Below, in pieces: positions 19,679-29,682 of a stretch of 60,370 nucleotides of DNA. The notes under the pieces are model-generated. The model ran no database searches. It was not told the DNA's origin and worked only from the letters and a program-made list of their open reading frames with translations. Made by a program: the position numbers and the translations under genes. This DNA is from Methanosarcina sp. Lineage in GTDB: Archaea; Halobacteriota; Methanosarcinia; Methanosarcinales; Methanosarcinaceae. Numbering within the stretch: the first letter of the stretch is position 1; the number at the start of each line of letters is the position of its first letter. The DNA lies in NCBI GenBank assembly GCA_024280975.1, contig JAMXLQ010000111.1, positions 1-60,370 of the forward strand, written 5' to 3'.

Positions 19679-20719
19679 ATGAAAAGGTATCGAATATTCT
19701 CTTTTTTTATTTTACTTATATTTTTCATTTCTTTGGTATCTCCTGCTTGTGCTAGTCCTATAGATACGAGTATAGAAGTAGTGTCAAGAGGGATAGAACA
19801 GTTTATAGAATACCGCGCTGAAAGAAATTTACAGGAAAATTATGGAGTGACTTTTGGAAACACTAGCGATTCTGAAAGCCTCACCCCGGCTCAAAAAGTA
19901 GTTTATATGATTGCGGTAGCAAACCAGAGCCCATATGAAACAAAATGGGTTCGAGATCAGTTAGCCTCTGATTTTGTTTGGTTTTCTGTAGCTGTATTTT
20001 TTATTTCGCTTTTTACTTTCGGGCTGTCAATGCTTCAAAAAAACATGCCTGAAACAGTAGAGAAGATAAATAAAAAATTCATCGGGCATAATGAGGTTTA
20101 TGATTATACCGTCTGGCTGGAAACACTTTTTAAACTCGTAGGGCTTGCTATCCTGGCATTACCTATAATAGCTGAAATTTTAGAATTTGAACAAAATTTA
20201 AGCTCCGGTTTGACACTCAATGCTTTTGAGTTCTTGAAAGTTACTCCTGCAGCTCCAAACGTTTACTTTTGGGAATCGTGGGCTTATGGGTTTTGTGCTA
20301 GGTTCTTCTTGTTTAGGATTGAATATATTGACTTATTCGCGGCTCATGTTTTCAAAATTATACTAATGTTCTGTGTAGCATTGTTTTATTCCGAGTACAT
20401 AGCAAAAATATTAACAGCTTGGTTTTTATCGGCTGTTTTCATGCGTCCTCTTGTTTTGTGGTACTCGAATGTAGCGATAAAAGATATTGCAAATACTTAC
20501 CCACAAACTAATTCGAGTATAGGTGACATAGTTGCGATATTCGACTTAAAAAGTGTAGCTTATCATGATATGGGTATGGTACTTTTTGCCAGTGTGATAA
20601 CTGTTATCATTGCTTTACTCTGGCCTGTTATCATGGCGATAATCGAGATAGTATGTGGGTTCCTGCTTAACGTAATTCTAAAAGCTGCTAGAATTTTAAG
20701 ATATACAAGGGGGTTATGA
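19679..20719 (+). CDS. VirB6/CedA-like polytopic membrane protein
   Basis: Signal peptide, several TM segments, position before VirB4. Confidence 0.55.
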   Translation: MKRYRIFSFFILLIFFISLVSPACASPIDTSIEVVSRGIEQFIEYRAERNLQENYGVTFGNTSDSESLTPAQKVVYMIAVANQSPYETKWVRDQLASDFVWFSVAVFFISLFTFGLSMLQKNMPETVEKINKKFIGHNEVYDYTVWLETLFKLVGLAILALPIIAEILEFEQNLSSGLTLNAFEFLKVTPAAPNVYFWESWAYGFCARFFLFRIEYIDLFAAHVFKIILMFCVALFYSEYIAKILTAWFLSAVFMRPLVLWYSNVAIKDIANTYPQTNSSIGDIVAIFDLKSVAYHDMGMVLFASVITVIIALLWPVIMAIIEIVCGFLLNVILKAARILRYTRGL

Positions 20720-20720
20720 T

Positions 20721-21602
20721 ATGACTGAAAATGAATCAACGCCTTTGACGATTACCAGAAAAATAGATATTACATTTTACAGCTTAAGGAAAAATCAGCA
20801 ATACCTTTTGATGTTTTTACTTTTTTTACTAAGTCTTACTCTATTAATCGGTATCCGTTTGGTAGGATATAGTCTGACGAATAAAATAGCTCTGGTTCAA
20901 GCTGTAATAGAGGTTCTTGTATTCCTCTATATTGGTCGGAGTCCTGCAAGACTTTACCGATTTGAGAAATATTTCAGGTTCCTTGTATCAATGCAGACAG
21001 GCGAGGACACGGTAGAGAAGTATGCTGAAAAGGGACTTAAGAAAGTGCGAGACGTAAGCAACATTAAAAAAATACATTTTGGTGGATTCGTTGAATACTT
21101 CTATAGTAAAAAGAAACCTAACAATTGGGCGGTATTCTTCGAGTTACAGGCATTCAAACCAGATAAAATAGTTTCATTCCTTCAACAGACTGAAAAGATG
21201 TTCATGGGATTAGAGGACGGAGCGGTCTTAAAAACCACAATGACGGTACGAGACGACCTTAAAGACTACGCCGAGCCTATAAAATCAGCTTTGAATAAAG
21301 ATCAAATGCCTCTGATAGTCAGACAGTCTATGTATGAACATCAGGAGTATATCAAAAATGCCAAAATAAAGACTTATGGTAATTACATGGTCTATTACCT
21401 ACCTTATACTGCTTCTAAAAAAGAAGCTACGAAAAAACTGAAAATAGCTTCTAAAAATATCTCAAGGGCATTGAGAGACAATAAAATAAAGCACAAAAGG
21501 CTTAAATGGGCTTGGCAGATTCATAAAGTTTTTCACGGTGTCGTAACTTACAATTATCATGATTCAACAGGGGGCCACTTTGAAGATGAAGATATTATCT
21601 AA
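20721..21602 (+). CDS. VirB3/PrgI-like membrane protein
   Basis: Two N-terminal TMs plus soluble domain, immediately before VirB4. Confidence 0.5.
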   Translation: MTENESTPLTITRKIDITFYSLRKNQQYLLMFLLFLLSLTLLIGIRLVGYSLTNKIALVQAVIEVLVFLYIGRSPARLYRFEKYFRFLVSMQTGEDTVEKYAEKGLKKVRDVSNIKKIHFGGFVEYFYSKKKPNNWAVFFELQAFKPDKIVSFLQQTEKMFMGLEDGAVLKTTMTVRDDLKDYAEPIKSALNKDQMPLIVRQSMYEHQEYIKNAKIKTYGNYMVYYLPYTASKKEATKKLKIASKNISRALRDNKIKHKRLKWAWQIHKVFHGVVTYNYHDSTGGHFEDEDII

Positions 21603-24342
21603 ACGACTTAAAAAGTATCTTTTCGAGGCTTGTCATGGGTCATTCTTAGAATTGTATGACAATATAATGCTTAAGTGGGAACTATTCAACAAAGGAGAAG
21701 CTGAAAGGCTCATGTTATCCATGTCGTCACTGCAATGCTGCCCAGCTAAACTACAGGCTACTACAGATGGACTCGGAGTCAAGATTAATGAATATCAAGA
21801 CATGGATCTTTTTACAATAGCAGTATCAGACGAAGTAGACCCCACACAGACAGCAATTAAGTATAGTGCTGATCTGCAAACAATTGATAGAGTATACGAG
21901 ATTGCGAAAGAAAAGCATGTAGATTTTACAGTCACTCAGATTATTTATAAGCCAAGTAACGCTGAGATCAATAAGGAGAACAAGAACGAAAAGAAGAAGA
22001 TACAGACAGCAAGGAAAACAGAGTTAAAACAAGGGGGGCAAGCTTCCGATGTCTACGATTGGCAAGAGGATGACATAAGATCGTTTTTCGCTCAGTCTTA
22101 CAAAGGCGAACATTCCATTTTAAAACAGCTAGTAATAGCAGGTATAAGCACCCCAAACGAAGACGAAACGGCTTATACAATCTCTGAAACACAAACAGAG
22201 TTTAAAAGCTCTGGAATTAATACAGACTCTTGTTTCGGCGGACAGATCAGGGCTTTAAAGGCTCTCATCCCTTCAAATGAGATAATGAAAGAGCATATGA
22301 TTACAGTACTTTCTAATACTGCAGCAGCTTTCTGGCCTGGGAGAACCCCGATAAAAACAATAGATGATTTTGGCGTTCATATTGGTTATCTTGACGAGGG
22401 CAAAGATGCCGGAATACCTCTGTTTTGGAACCCTGATAATCCTCTAATTGAAAATGCAAATATGGCGTGTTTGGGAAGTTCTGGGCAGGGCAAGACTACT
22501 TTGGTTCTGAACTTGTTAAAAAACGCTGTGGCTTCTAATATTGGGTTTTGGTACTTAACTCCCAAACAAGACTTCGGGACCGATGCAGTAAATTTTATTA
22601 AAGCTTTGAAAGGTAATTTTATCAGTGTTGGACCCAAAGGAAAGGGATTGAGACCGCTTAAGATAATCTGGGACCCTCTAATTCATGGAGACAGTTCAGA
22701 ATCCATGTATTCAGCTTATGTTAAGAAAAAGGAAGAAGCTTTATACTTTTTCTATATGTTGATAGGCTCTGCTTTTAGTTCTCCGATGCAGAAAGCTTGT
22801 AAAAAGTCTTTAACCGGGTTTTACATCAAGGAAGGTTATCTGGACAATGATAAAAATCCCGTTAACCCTGATAAATGGAAAGATCCAAAGTCTATTCCGA
22901 GAGTACGAGATTATGCTCAGTTAGTAAAAGAATGGTCAACAGATGAAGATCCCGAGCATAAACAAATGAGACCTTCGCTTAAAGCATTACTTGGGTATCT
23001 GGTAGACTTTGAAAAGGGGGAGTCTCTTTACTGGATGGATGAAGATTTAGAAGAAAACGAAAATGAGTTCGATATAACTAACCGTTATACCGTTGTCGAT
23101 CTATCGGATATTCCAGAAAAATATCAAGATGCTATTACGGTACTTTTAGTTAGCTCGATTAATTCTAAGATAAAAGTACACTCTAAAGAGGCATTAGAAA
23201 GGAAAGGAAGGTACATAATAGCCTTTGATGAAGCTCCTAAGATTTTGAAAAATCAGGGTATGCAGGAATTTTTACCGGCTTTAACCAGGGAAATACGGTC
23301 TTCTGGAAATAGCCTTCTATTAATCGGTCAGGATATGAAAGGAATGAAACCCATCCTGCCAGTGATAAAGTCCAATTGTGCCTCTATTATCTTTATGTGT
23401 GGAATGGAGGGAGCAGATATAAATGAGCTTGCTGGAGAGTTCCCCATAGATGATGATGATAGGAAGTATTTATCACGGGCTGGGAAAGGCAGGTTCTATT
23501 TTTACGGTAAGAGGAGAGTACCAGGGAGAGTTATTCCATTACAGACCGAAAAGAAAGTATTCTTCGGTGAAGATGTTCAAGAAGGTTCCGAGGACTCAGA
23601 AGAAAATAGTGAAATACCACTATCAAGAGAGGACTATTTCGAACCAGAATACGAGCTAATTCATCCCGGCCTAAAGTATGTTGTCGATACTTTTGGAGTA
23701 CTCAATAAGAACTGGATAAAGAAACAGAAGAACATTGAGATCAAGGGATTTACCATGAATTCAGATATCTATCCAGCAGTTGATTATTTCTCAAAAGTAA
23801 ACTACATTTCAAATGACATTGCTTCCCTCGAAAAAATCAACGGAGAAACACCGGACCACTGGGTAACAAAATGTTTAGATGGTGGAGCTGCGATTCTTGC
23901 AGAAAATGACGATGTTATAATTAATTCATGGGGAGATCAAGGAGGGGAAGAGGACCCAGATGTAACTTACCGGCGAAAAGACGGCACAAGAGTAGGGCAT
24001 GAATACGCTCACCCAGGCAGCCGGAGTATAGGGAAATTGAGAAAACAGAAAAATGACCAGATTAAATATTGTGATATCTGGCGGTGTATCTGCCAGCAGA
24101 AAAACGAATCAGAAGTTAAAGCTGCAGTAAACGAAGAACGAGTTAAAGGCGCAGTCGGTGAGGATTTCTGCATAACAAGAGGAAAAGCGTTAGGTAATTA
24201 TTTCAAAGCAGAAAAAGAATTAAATTTGAGGTATAAGGAGTCCTCTTCTCCTAAACAAAAGGACGAGAATAGCACAAGAATTAATTTAGAGGTCGGAGAA
24301 GTCGCCGCCGCAAAGGATACTCTATTAGAGGTTGAGGCTTAG
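21559..24342 (+). CDS. virB4: VirB4-family ATPase with C-terminal nuclease-like domain
   Basis: ENANMACLGSSGQGKT, YLTPKQDF, VVDLS, IIAFDEA, REIRS...IGQ; 927 aa. Confidence 0.85.
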   Translation: MIQQGATLKMKILSKRLKKYLFEACHGSFLELYDNIMLKWELFNKGEAERLMLSMSSLQCCPAKLQATTDGLGVKINEYQDMDLFTIAVSDEVDPTQTAIKYSADLQTIDRVYEIAKEKHVDFTVTQIIYKPSNAEINKENKNEKKKIQTARKTELKQGGQASDVYDWQEDDIRSFFAQSYKGEHSILKQLVIAGISTPNEDETAYTISETQTEFKSSGINTDSCFGGQIRALKALIPSNEIMKEHMITVLSNTAAAFWPGRTPIKTIDDFGVHIGYLDEGKDAGIPLFWNPDNPLIENANMACLGSSGQGKTTLVLNLLKNAVASNIGFWYLTPKQDFGTDAVNFIKALKGNFISVGPKGKGLRPLKIIWDPLIHGDSSESMYSAYVKKKEEALYFFYMLIGSAFSSPMQKACKKSLTGFYIKEGYLDNDKNPVNPDKWKDPKSIPRVRDYAQLVKEWSTDEDPEHKQMRPSLKALLGYLVDFEKGESLYWMDEDLEENENEFDITNRYTVVDLSDIPEKYQDAITVLLVSSINSKIKVHSKEALERKGRYIIAFDEAPKILKNQGMQEFLPALTREIRSSGNSLLLIGQDMKGMKPILPVIKSNCASIIFMCGMEGADINELAGEFPIDDDDRKYLSRAGKGRFYFYGKRRVPGRVIPLQTEKKVFFGEDVQEGSEDSEENSEIPLSREDYFEPEYELIHPGLKYVVDTFGVLNKNWIKKQKNIEIKGFTMNSDIYPAVDYFSKVNYISNDIASLEKINGETPDHWVTKCLDGGAAILAENDDVIINSWGDQGGEEDPDVTYRRKDGTRVGHEYAHPGSRSIGKLRKQKNDQIKYCDIWRCICQQKNESEVKAAVNEERVKGAVGEDFCITRGKALGNYFKAEKELNLRYKESSSPKQKDENSTRINLEVGEVAAAKDTLLEVEA

Positions 24343-24388
24343 AGCCTTTTCTTTTCTCTTTCTTTTCTCTTTCTTGGGAGTAGATGAG

Positions 24389-24823
24389 ATGGGTGTTAAG
24401 GTTATTTATAAAGGAACTGAACATAATTTAGTTCAGATGACAAGAGTTGTAAAGTCTGACGATTCAGACGCAAAAGGCGAATATCATTCTATTAATTTAG
24501 ATGAATGGAAAGAAATTGAATGTCATATAATCGATGGAAAAACTATCAATGTTGGGCGTGAGTATGGAAGGCAAGAAGCTATAATCTTTATTCAAGTTAG
24601 GCAGGAAGGCAGAACAGAAATATGCAATAATTTTAAATTGTTTCATAAACAAGATTGGATAGAATACAGAAAAGAGAGAGGCAGAAACAAGTATAAAAAG
24701 ACACTAATTCAAAAAACTGGTATAATCTGGGTTGGGGCTACAAGCAAAGAAAAAGGTATATACGGTTTTAAAGTTTTTATAGAGAATGGAGGAAATCATG
24801 ACCACATTAAACAAGAAAATTGA
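24389..24823 (+). CDS. Protein with two DUF2080/AbrB-like repeats
   Basis: GGAG SD before ATG 24389; internal repeats resemble ORF 56601. Confidence 0.6.
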   Translation: MGVKVIYKGTEHNLVQMTRVVKSDDSDAKGEYHSINLDEWKEIECHIIDGKTINVGREYGRQEAIIFIQVRQEGRTEICNNFKLFHKQDWIEYRKERGRNKYKKTLIQKTGIIWVGATSKEKGIYGFKVFIENGGNHDHIKQEN

Positions 24824-25250
24824 AAAAACTTTGAACATTAAAATAGATCATAGAATATTATATGCTCTAGGGATTCTAATAATAAGCTGTTTGGCGGTTA
24901 GTGCTCAAAATGTTACTAAAAACAGTCAAGATATTGGGCCAATTTCAGCGGTTACAGAACAGCCCAATCAAAATACTGAGCTTTTTGATACTGATTCTGT
25001 AGAGAATCTTATCCAGAACATGCAAGCGGGGTATATTACTGCAGGAGAAGCCAAGAACGAAATTTTGGATATTAGATTTTATGCTAAGCAAAGAACTTCA
25101 CTTACTCCAGTAGAAATGGGGGTAAATAAGCGATATGTGGCTTATCTCAATGCTGCAATCGACGCGACAAATGCTTTCTCTTTTGGGAAAAATTCAAAAG
25201 AATTTCAAAATTCTTTAACCGAGATGGAAAATAAGAAAAATTTAATTTAA
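24786..25250 (+). CDS. Membrane-anchored or secreted protein
   Basis: Hydrophobic segment ILYALGILIISCLAVSA. Confidence 0.65.
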   Translation: MEEIMTTLNKKIEKTLNIKIDHRILYALGILIISCLAVSAQNVTKNSQDIGPISAVTEQPNQNTELFDTDSVENLIQNMQAGYITAGEAKNEILDIRFYAKQRTSLTPVEMGVNKRYVAYLNAAIDATNAFSFGKNSKEFQNSLTEMENKKNLI

Positions 25251-25279
25251 CCTTTCTCTTTTCTTTTAAAAAAGTAAAA

Positions 25280-25840
25280 TTAAGAAAGAACAGCCGTAAT
25301 CGTCTTCCCAGCATTCTCTTTCCCTAAACAAGCATTTCCATTTTCATCTAACTTGATACCGGAAGCATAGTAAACAGGCTTCTCGGAAGTTGCAGCCCAA
25401 TTAAGAGCCCCAAAAGTCTTTTTTGTGAAAATCGACTTCTCAACTTTTGGAGTGCTTGCAATCTTCTCAGGAGTTAACGGAGCTTCCGGTGTGACCTGCT
25501 CAGGAGTGCTCACAACTTCTTGTGAAGAGCTACCAGGGCCAGAGTCTGCAATAGATATATCTTCTGTCTTCTCAGCATCTTTTATGGCCTGTCGGTCTTG
25601 TGCATCTTGATAGGCTTTATTGTCCTGAGTGGGAGTTTCAACAGGAGTTTCAATTTGAATATCAGTCGGGGTCTCCTTTGGCTTTTCTTCATTTGTTGGA
25701 GTTTCCTTCGGTGTCTCCACTGGAGCAACCGGAGTTGAATTACTCGAATTATACGAACCATGAACAGCTAAAGAGCCAAAAAGAAAACAGAGACCAATTA
25801 CAGCCAGGATGAATGCAGGATCTTTTATGTCTATCGTTAT
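25280..25840 (-). CDS. Membrane-anchored protein with P/E/T-rich stalk (ATA start)
   Basis: Frame open to ATA 25840 after GAGGTGA, adding an N-terminal TM; ETP repeats. Confidence 0.65.
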   Translation of the reverse strand: MTIDIKDPAFILAVIGLCFLFGSLAVHGSYNSSNSTPVAPVETPKETPTNEEKPKETPTDIQIETPVETPTQDNKAYQDAQDRQAIKDAEKTEDISIADSGPGSSSQEVVSTPEQVTPEAPLTPEKIASTPKVEKSIFTKKTFGALNWAATSEKPVYYASGIKLDENGNACLGKENAGKTITAVLS

Positions 25841-25872
25841 GAAATCACCTCAAAAATTTAAAAAATAGAAGA

Positions 25873-26346
25873 TTAAACTGTTATCCTAGCCTCTGCCGGA
25901 CCAACCCAACAAGAACAACTCTTACACTTCACCGACAAAACAATAAGGTAGTTACCCTTTGACAAAGCCGAATTAAATCCACCACAAGATTTTGTATAAC
26001 CTACTAACTTCCAAGAACATTTCCCACTGGTGCAGACCTGCTTATAAATTGACCAATAACAGCCTACTGTTTGACCTTTTGAAGTGTTCCTAAATTGATA
26101 TTTTCCATTCTGTAGACAGTACTTAAACGAGGCAGTGCATCCATTCTTTGTTACTGTTTTATCGCATGCTTTCCAAGTACATGTTGCAGCCGTAGCTTTT
26201 GCAGTCGTGGAACAAGTTGATCCAGAAGGACAAACCGCCTTCGAACTTCCTGAGCAAGAAGAGCCTGAGGCATTAGGACAGGCAGCCAGGGCAGGCACGG
26301 TCAAAAACAATACACAAAATATTGTCAATATAGCTATATTTCTCAT
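25873..26346 (-). CDS. Secreted Cys-rich protein with PKD-like C-terminus
   Basis: Signal peptide, 16 Cys, ASF...QFRNTS...YWS...GNY.IVL.V. Confidence 0.75.
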   Translation of the reverse strand: MRNIAILTIFCVLFLTVPALAACPNASGSSCSGSSKAVCPSGSTCSTTAKATAATCTWKACDKTVTKNGCTASFKYCLQNGKYQFRNTSKGQTVGCYWSIYKQVCTSGKCSWKLVGYTKSCGGFNSALSKGNYLIVLSVKCKSCSCWVGPAEARITV

Positions 26347-26493
26347 GTTAATCAGTTAATACTTTGAGAAAGTTACATTAAAGTATATCCGTAGATATAT
26401 AAAAATCTCCAAGTGTTGAAAAGTTATACTGTTTAGAAATCTCTTCTGGAGCTTGTTTTTCTAGGGCAGATTGCTGTTTCAAGCTAAAATTTG

Positions 26494-26505
26494 ATTTTCT
26501 TTTAT
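26494..26505 (+). promoter_or_regulatory. Putative late promoter (head operon)
   Basis: ATTTTCTTTTAT; TTAT 30 nt before ATG. Confidence 0.65.
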
Positions 26506-26531
26506 ATCTTTTTTAAGTCCAGTTTCTCATC

Positions 26532-27542
26532 ATGAATGGGGAATCTCCACCTAAAATTTACATCACCGAGCCGTTAGGCTCTTTACAGTCTTTTCTTCCT
26601 GAAAAACTCAAAAACGGCGATCTGCGGATGGCAATAGCTTGTGCTGGTCAACATGCTTATAATATGTGGGGAGAACAGGCAACCCTCACAGAAGAATTCC
26701 TTTCTAGGGACTATAAAACATGGGAAGGCGGCCTTGTTTCCATCAATCATGAACAGAATCAGCCCTGGGTCAAAGCCAGGATGTATAATCTTGAGTATGA
26801 TGCTGAGAAAAAACTTGTAATAAGCTCATTTTCAGGCATCCCGGAATGGCTTATGAGCCTGATTTATTCTGAAGATTACCGGGGCTTGTCTCAGGAATGT
26901 ATACCTATTGAGATGAGAAAAAATTCTACTGATGTAATCAAAGGCTACGGCACAGGCTGTACTATTGTTACTTCTCCTTATGAACCGGCAGCAAATCAGG
27001 GTATGGGAGTAGGGATACCCCCGGCTCTTGCTGCTATTCTTGCTTCAAAATATCCACAAAAAGAGGATTCTATGCCAAACAACAACGGAGACGGTAAAGC
27101 CGTCATATCGATAGAGACGTACGAAAAGGATGAGCTCAAGAGTCAGGTCAAGGCTCTTGAAACAGACAACAAAAAGAAGGATGAGGAAATTGCTTCCTGG
27201 AAACAGAAGTACACAGAACTCGAATCCGGAGAAGTTGACAGGACTAAAATTGCCATCTCAGAAGCCAGAAAGTCTTGGGAAGCTGAACTCAGGGCAACCG
27301 CAGAAAAAGAAACCGCAATAACTGACCTAAAATCAGTCATGAGCGAGGATGCAGCAAAAGAATACCTCTCTACCAATCCGACAGTTGATCAGATCAAGAG
27401 TATAACCAAGGTTCTTAAGGTCAGTTTCTCGAAGGGCGTAGGCAGCAATCAGAACAACGAACCAAAAGCAGAAAACAAGAACATGTCCTGCCAGTTTGAG
27501 CCTGACCCATGGACCGGAAAACTTAACGCTGAGGTGAAATAA
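26532..27542 (+). CDS. Prohead protease/scaffold
   Basis: SINH...GLSQE (His/Ser) followed by coiled coil; position. Confidence 0.75.
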   Translation: MNGESPPKIYITEPLGSLQSFLPEKLKNGDLRMAIACAGQHAYNMWGEQATLTEEFLSRDYKTWEGGLVSINHEQNQPWVKARMYNLEYDAEKKLVISSFSGIPEWLMSLIYSEDYRGLSQECIPIEMRKNSTDVIKGYGTGCTIVTSPYEPAANQGMGVGIPPALAAILASKYPQKEDSMPNNNGDGKAVISIETYEKDELKSQVKALETDNKKKDEEIASWKQKYTELESGEVDRTKIAISEARKSWEAELRATAEKETAITDLKSVMSEDAAKEYLSTNPTVDQIKSITKVLKVSFSKGVGSNQNNEPKAENKNMSCQFEPDPWTGKLNAEVK

Positions 27543-28423
27543 TGGTCGAAACTGGATATTCTGACCCTAAAAATGTAATTTTCCCTCTCGGAATCACTGA
27601 CAGGGTAGAAAAGAATGTCGAAGTTGCGATCTATCCAGGCAGGCTCGTAATGGTAGGGACTACAGGCTTTGATGCGAAGCCCACGAACTGCCTGAAAGAG
27701 CCCATCGGATATGCAGATTACGAACGGGTTAACATGATTGACAAGCCTGCAACAATGACCACAGCATATGCAACAAGCGTAACCGCTCCTATATGCTCCG
27801 CAGTAGGCAAACCTGTTTTCATGCCTACCGGGCTTCCTATCGGATTCAAGGCAGAAGAGGGGGATTATGCTATTCCCTGGGGAACAGCCGGACAGGTAGC
27901 TCCAGCCGTTGAAATTGGTGGAAAAATCGCTCTGAAAGTTCCTTTTGTCAAGAAAACTTCTGTTTTCGATACTGGAATAGACTTTCCAGGAGGAATTCTG
28001 ATTCCAGACGCTCTCATAGACGTTTCTACCGCCGCGAGTGGTGCTACTATCGATGTCGGATTCATCAACGCGGTTGAATCAGGAGACGAAGATGGACTTC
28101 TCGATGGGGAAGCTGCTGCAACAACGGGCCTTCAGACTCATATCACTGTAGATGCTACAGCCGGAAATATCACACTCGGTGCTTACCTGAAGAGTGTTTT
28201 AGCTGAAGCAAATGGCGGAAGTGCTACAAATCTTGCAGTCCAGAAAAAATACCTGACAGATGGCACTATCAAAAGCCTGTGTTACACGACTTCAAACCAC
28301 ACGATAACCGGTTGGATCTACATCTTCGTCGAAAGTCCTGGCCTTGTGAAAGTGGGGAAGTTCAAGTATGCCGTCGATGCCACAAGCGCAGCACAGAACT
28401 GCATGTTAATGAGTGAGATCTGA
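27542..28423 (+). CDS. Head decoration/cement protein
   Basis: IYPGRLV..GT motif; between scaffold and capsid genes. Confidence 0.6.
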   Translation: MVETGYSDPKNVIFPLGITDRVEKNVEVAIYPGRLVMVGTTGFDAKPTNCLKEPIGYADYERVNMIDKPATMTTAYATSVTAPICSAVGKPVFMPTGLPIGFKAEEGDYAIPWGTAGQVAPAVEIGGKIALKVPFVKKTSVFDTGIDFPGGILIPDALIDVSTAASGATIDVGFINAVESGDEDGLLDGEAAATTGLQTHITVDATAGNITLGAYLKSVLAEANGGSATNLAVQKKYLTDGTIKSLCYTTSNHTITGWIYIFVESPGLVKVGKFKYAVDATSAAQNCMLMSEI

Positions 28424-28435
28424 GGAGGAAAAGAC

Positions 28436-29335
28436 ATGATACTTAACCCATACGAAAGAGCAGGCACAGCTTACACCAAAATGATGAAACCTTTCTTGAC
28501 TCCCCGGATGATTGCCAGGAACCTGTTCGCCCACACAATCAGACTTCCGAAGGGGAAAGTAAAACTGGACTTCAATAAAGTTTCGCAAATGAAGGATGCA
28601 ACTATTCAATTGACATTACCCGACGATACTCTGAAAAGAGACCTTATCGGCCTGTCCTCCGACTCCATCAGATGTCCTTTCGTTGTGAACGGCTTTGAGA
28701 TTACTCAGGACCAGCTTCAGGCTTTTGCATCTGAAGGAACTGACCTCCCAAATGAAGGCATCAAGGCGATGAGCCAAACCCTTTCTGCAAAAGACCAGAC
28801 TCTTCTGCTCGATTCCTACAAACCAAATGGAACCGATGCAATGTTTAAGGGCCTCTATGCGAGTGCAACCACTATTGACAACACCGCCTATGATTTCGGA
28901 ACTGCTGGGAAAGCTTCAGAGGGAACTGCTGCAATCGTGGGACTCCTACAAGAAGCTATAGTCGAGGACTGCAACTTCAATATGTTGATTTCATACGCAC
29001 AGCTCACGACTCTGAAGAACTCTTGGATTGTTGGCTCGGGAACTGGAATATGGGAAATCGAAAAGGTAATCAAAAACCTGAATCCGGTTGAAGGAGCTGC
29101 GCCAGGTCGCATATATGCCTCAAAATATGCTCCCTCTGCAACAAAGGCAATTATAAGCCCGAACGATCCAGCAGGTATGTATATGGACCTTGTAATCGGG
29201 CAAGACCCGAGAGTCATTACAGGTTTTGACTCAAAACTCGGTCCTGATGATTCCCCGGTCTATGTAACGGGCTTTGAAGCTGTCGTACCTCTGATCTACT
29301 ATCCAGAGGCAATCGGTATTCTGGGGTCGATCTGA
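28436..29335 (+). CDS. Major capsid protein (HK97 fold, encapsulin/linocin-like)
   Basis: IARNLF, MDLVIGQD, PLIYYPEAI; position and size. Confidence 0.85.
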   Translation: MILNPYERAGTAYTKMMKPFLTPRMIARNLFAHTIRLPKGKVKLDFNKVSQMKDATIQLTLPDDTLKRDLIGLSSDSIRCPFVVNGFEITQDQLQAFASEGTDLPNEGIKAMSQTLSAKDQTLLLDSYKPNGTDAMFKGLYASATTIDNTAYDFGTAGKASEGTAAIVGLLQEAIVEDCNFNMLISYAQLTTLKNSWIVGSGTGIWEIEKVIKNLNPVEGAAPGRIYASKYAPSATKAIISPNDPAGMYMDLVIGQDPRVITGFDSKLGPDDSPVYVTGFEAVVPLIYYPEAIGILGSI

Positions 29336-29655
29336 TGTCTTTGTACCGAGCACTCGTAAATATCAGACTGGCTGACGGGAGAACGGTTTCTCCCAAAACT
29401 GGCACTTTTGAGCTGTCCGACGCAGAAGCTTCGAAACTTGAGAAATGGTGGATTGCTCCTGCTATTCAACCTCTCGGTCCCGGACTTGCTGATGAGATTG
29501 TCGAGCAGCAGGCAAAGGACATAGAGGGACTTAAGAAAACAATCGAAGAGAAAGACAAGCAGATTCTCACCCTGCAGAACATTATCAACTCAAAAGAGGC
29601 TGATATCGACAGGCTGAAAAAAGTTCAAACGGCTACACAAGCCGTTAAAAAGTAA
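29335..29655 (+). CDS. Capsid-adjacent small protein with coiled coil
   Basis: Coupled to capsid stop; ELSDAEA motif. Confidence 0.65.
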   Translation: MSLYRALVNIRLADGRTVSPKTGTFELSDAEASKLEKWWIAPAIQPLGPGLADEIVEQQAKDIEGLKKTIEEKDKQILTLQNIINSKEADIDRLKKVQTATQAVKK

Positions 29656-29682
29656 TTTTTTTTGGGAAGGAGGGTGGGAATT

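Noticed and set aside
28436-29335. Cellular encapsulin
   Set aside because: Context with portal, terminase, protease and tail genes identifies it as the viral capsid protein
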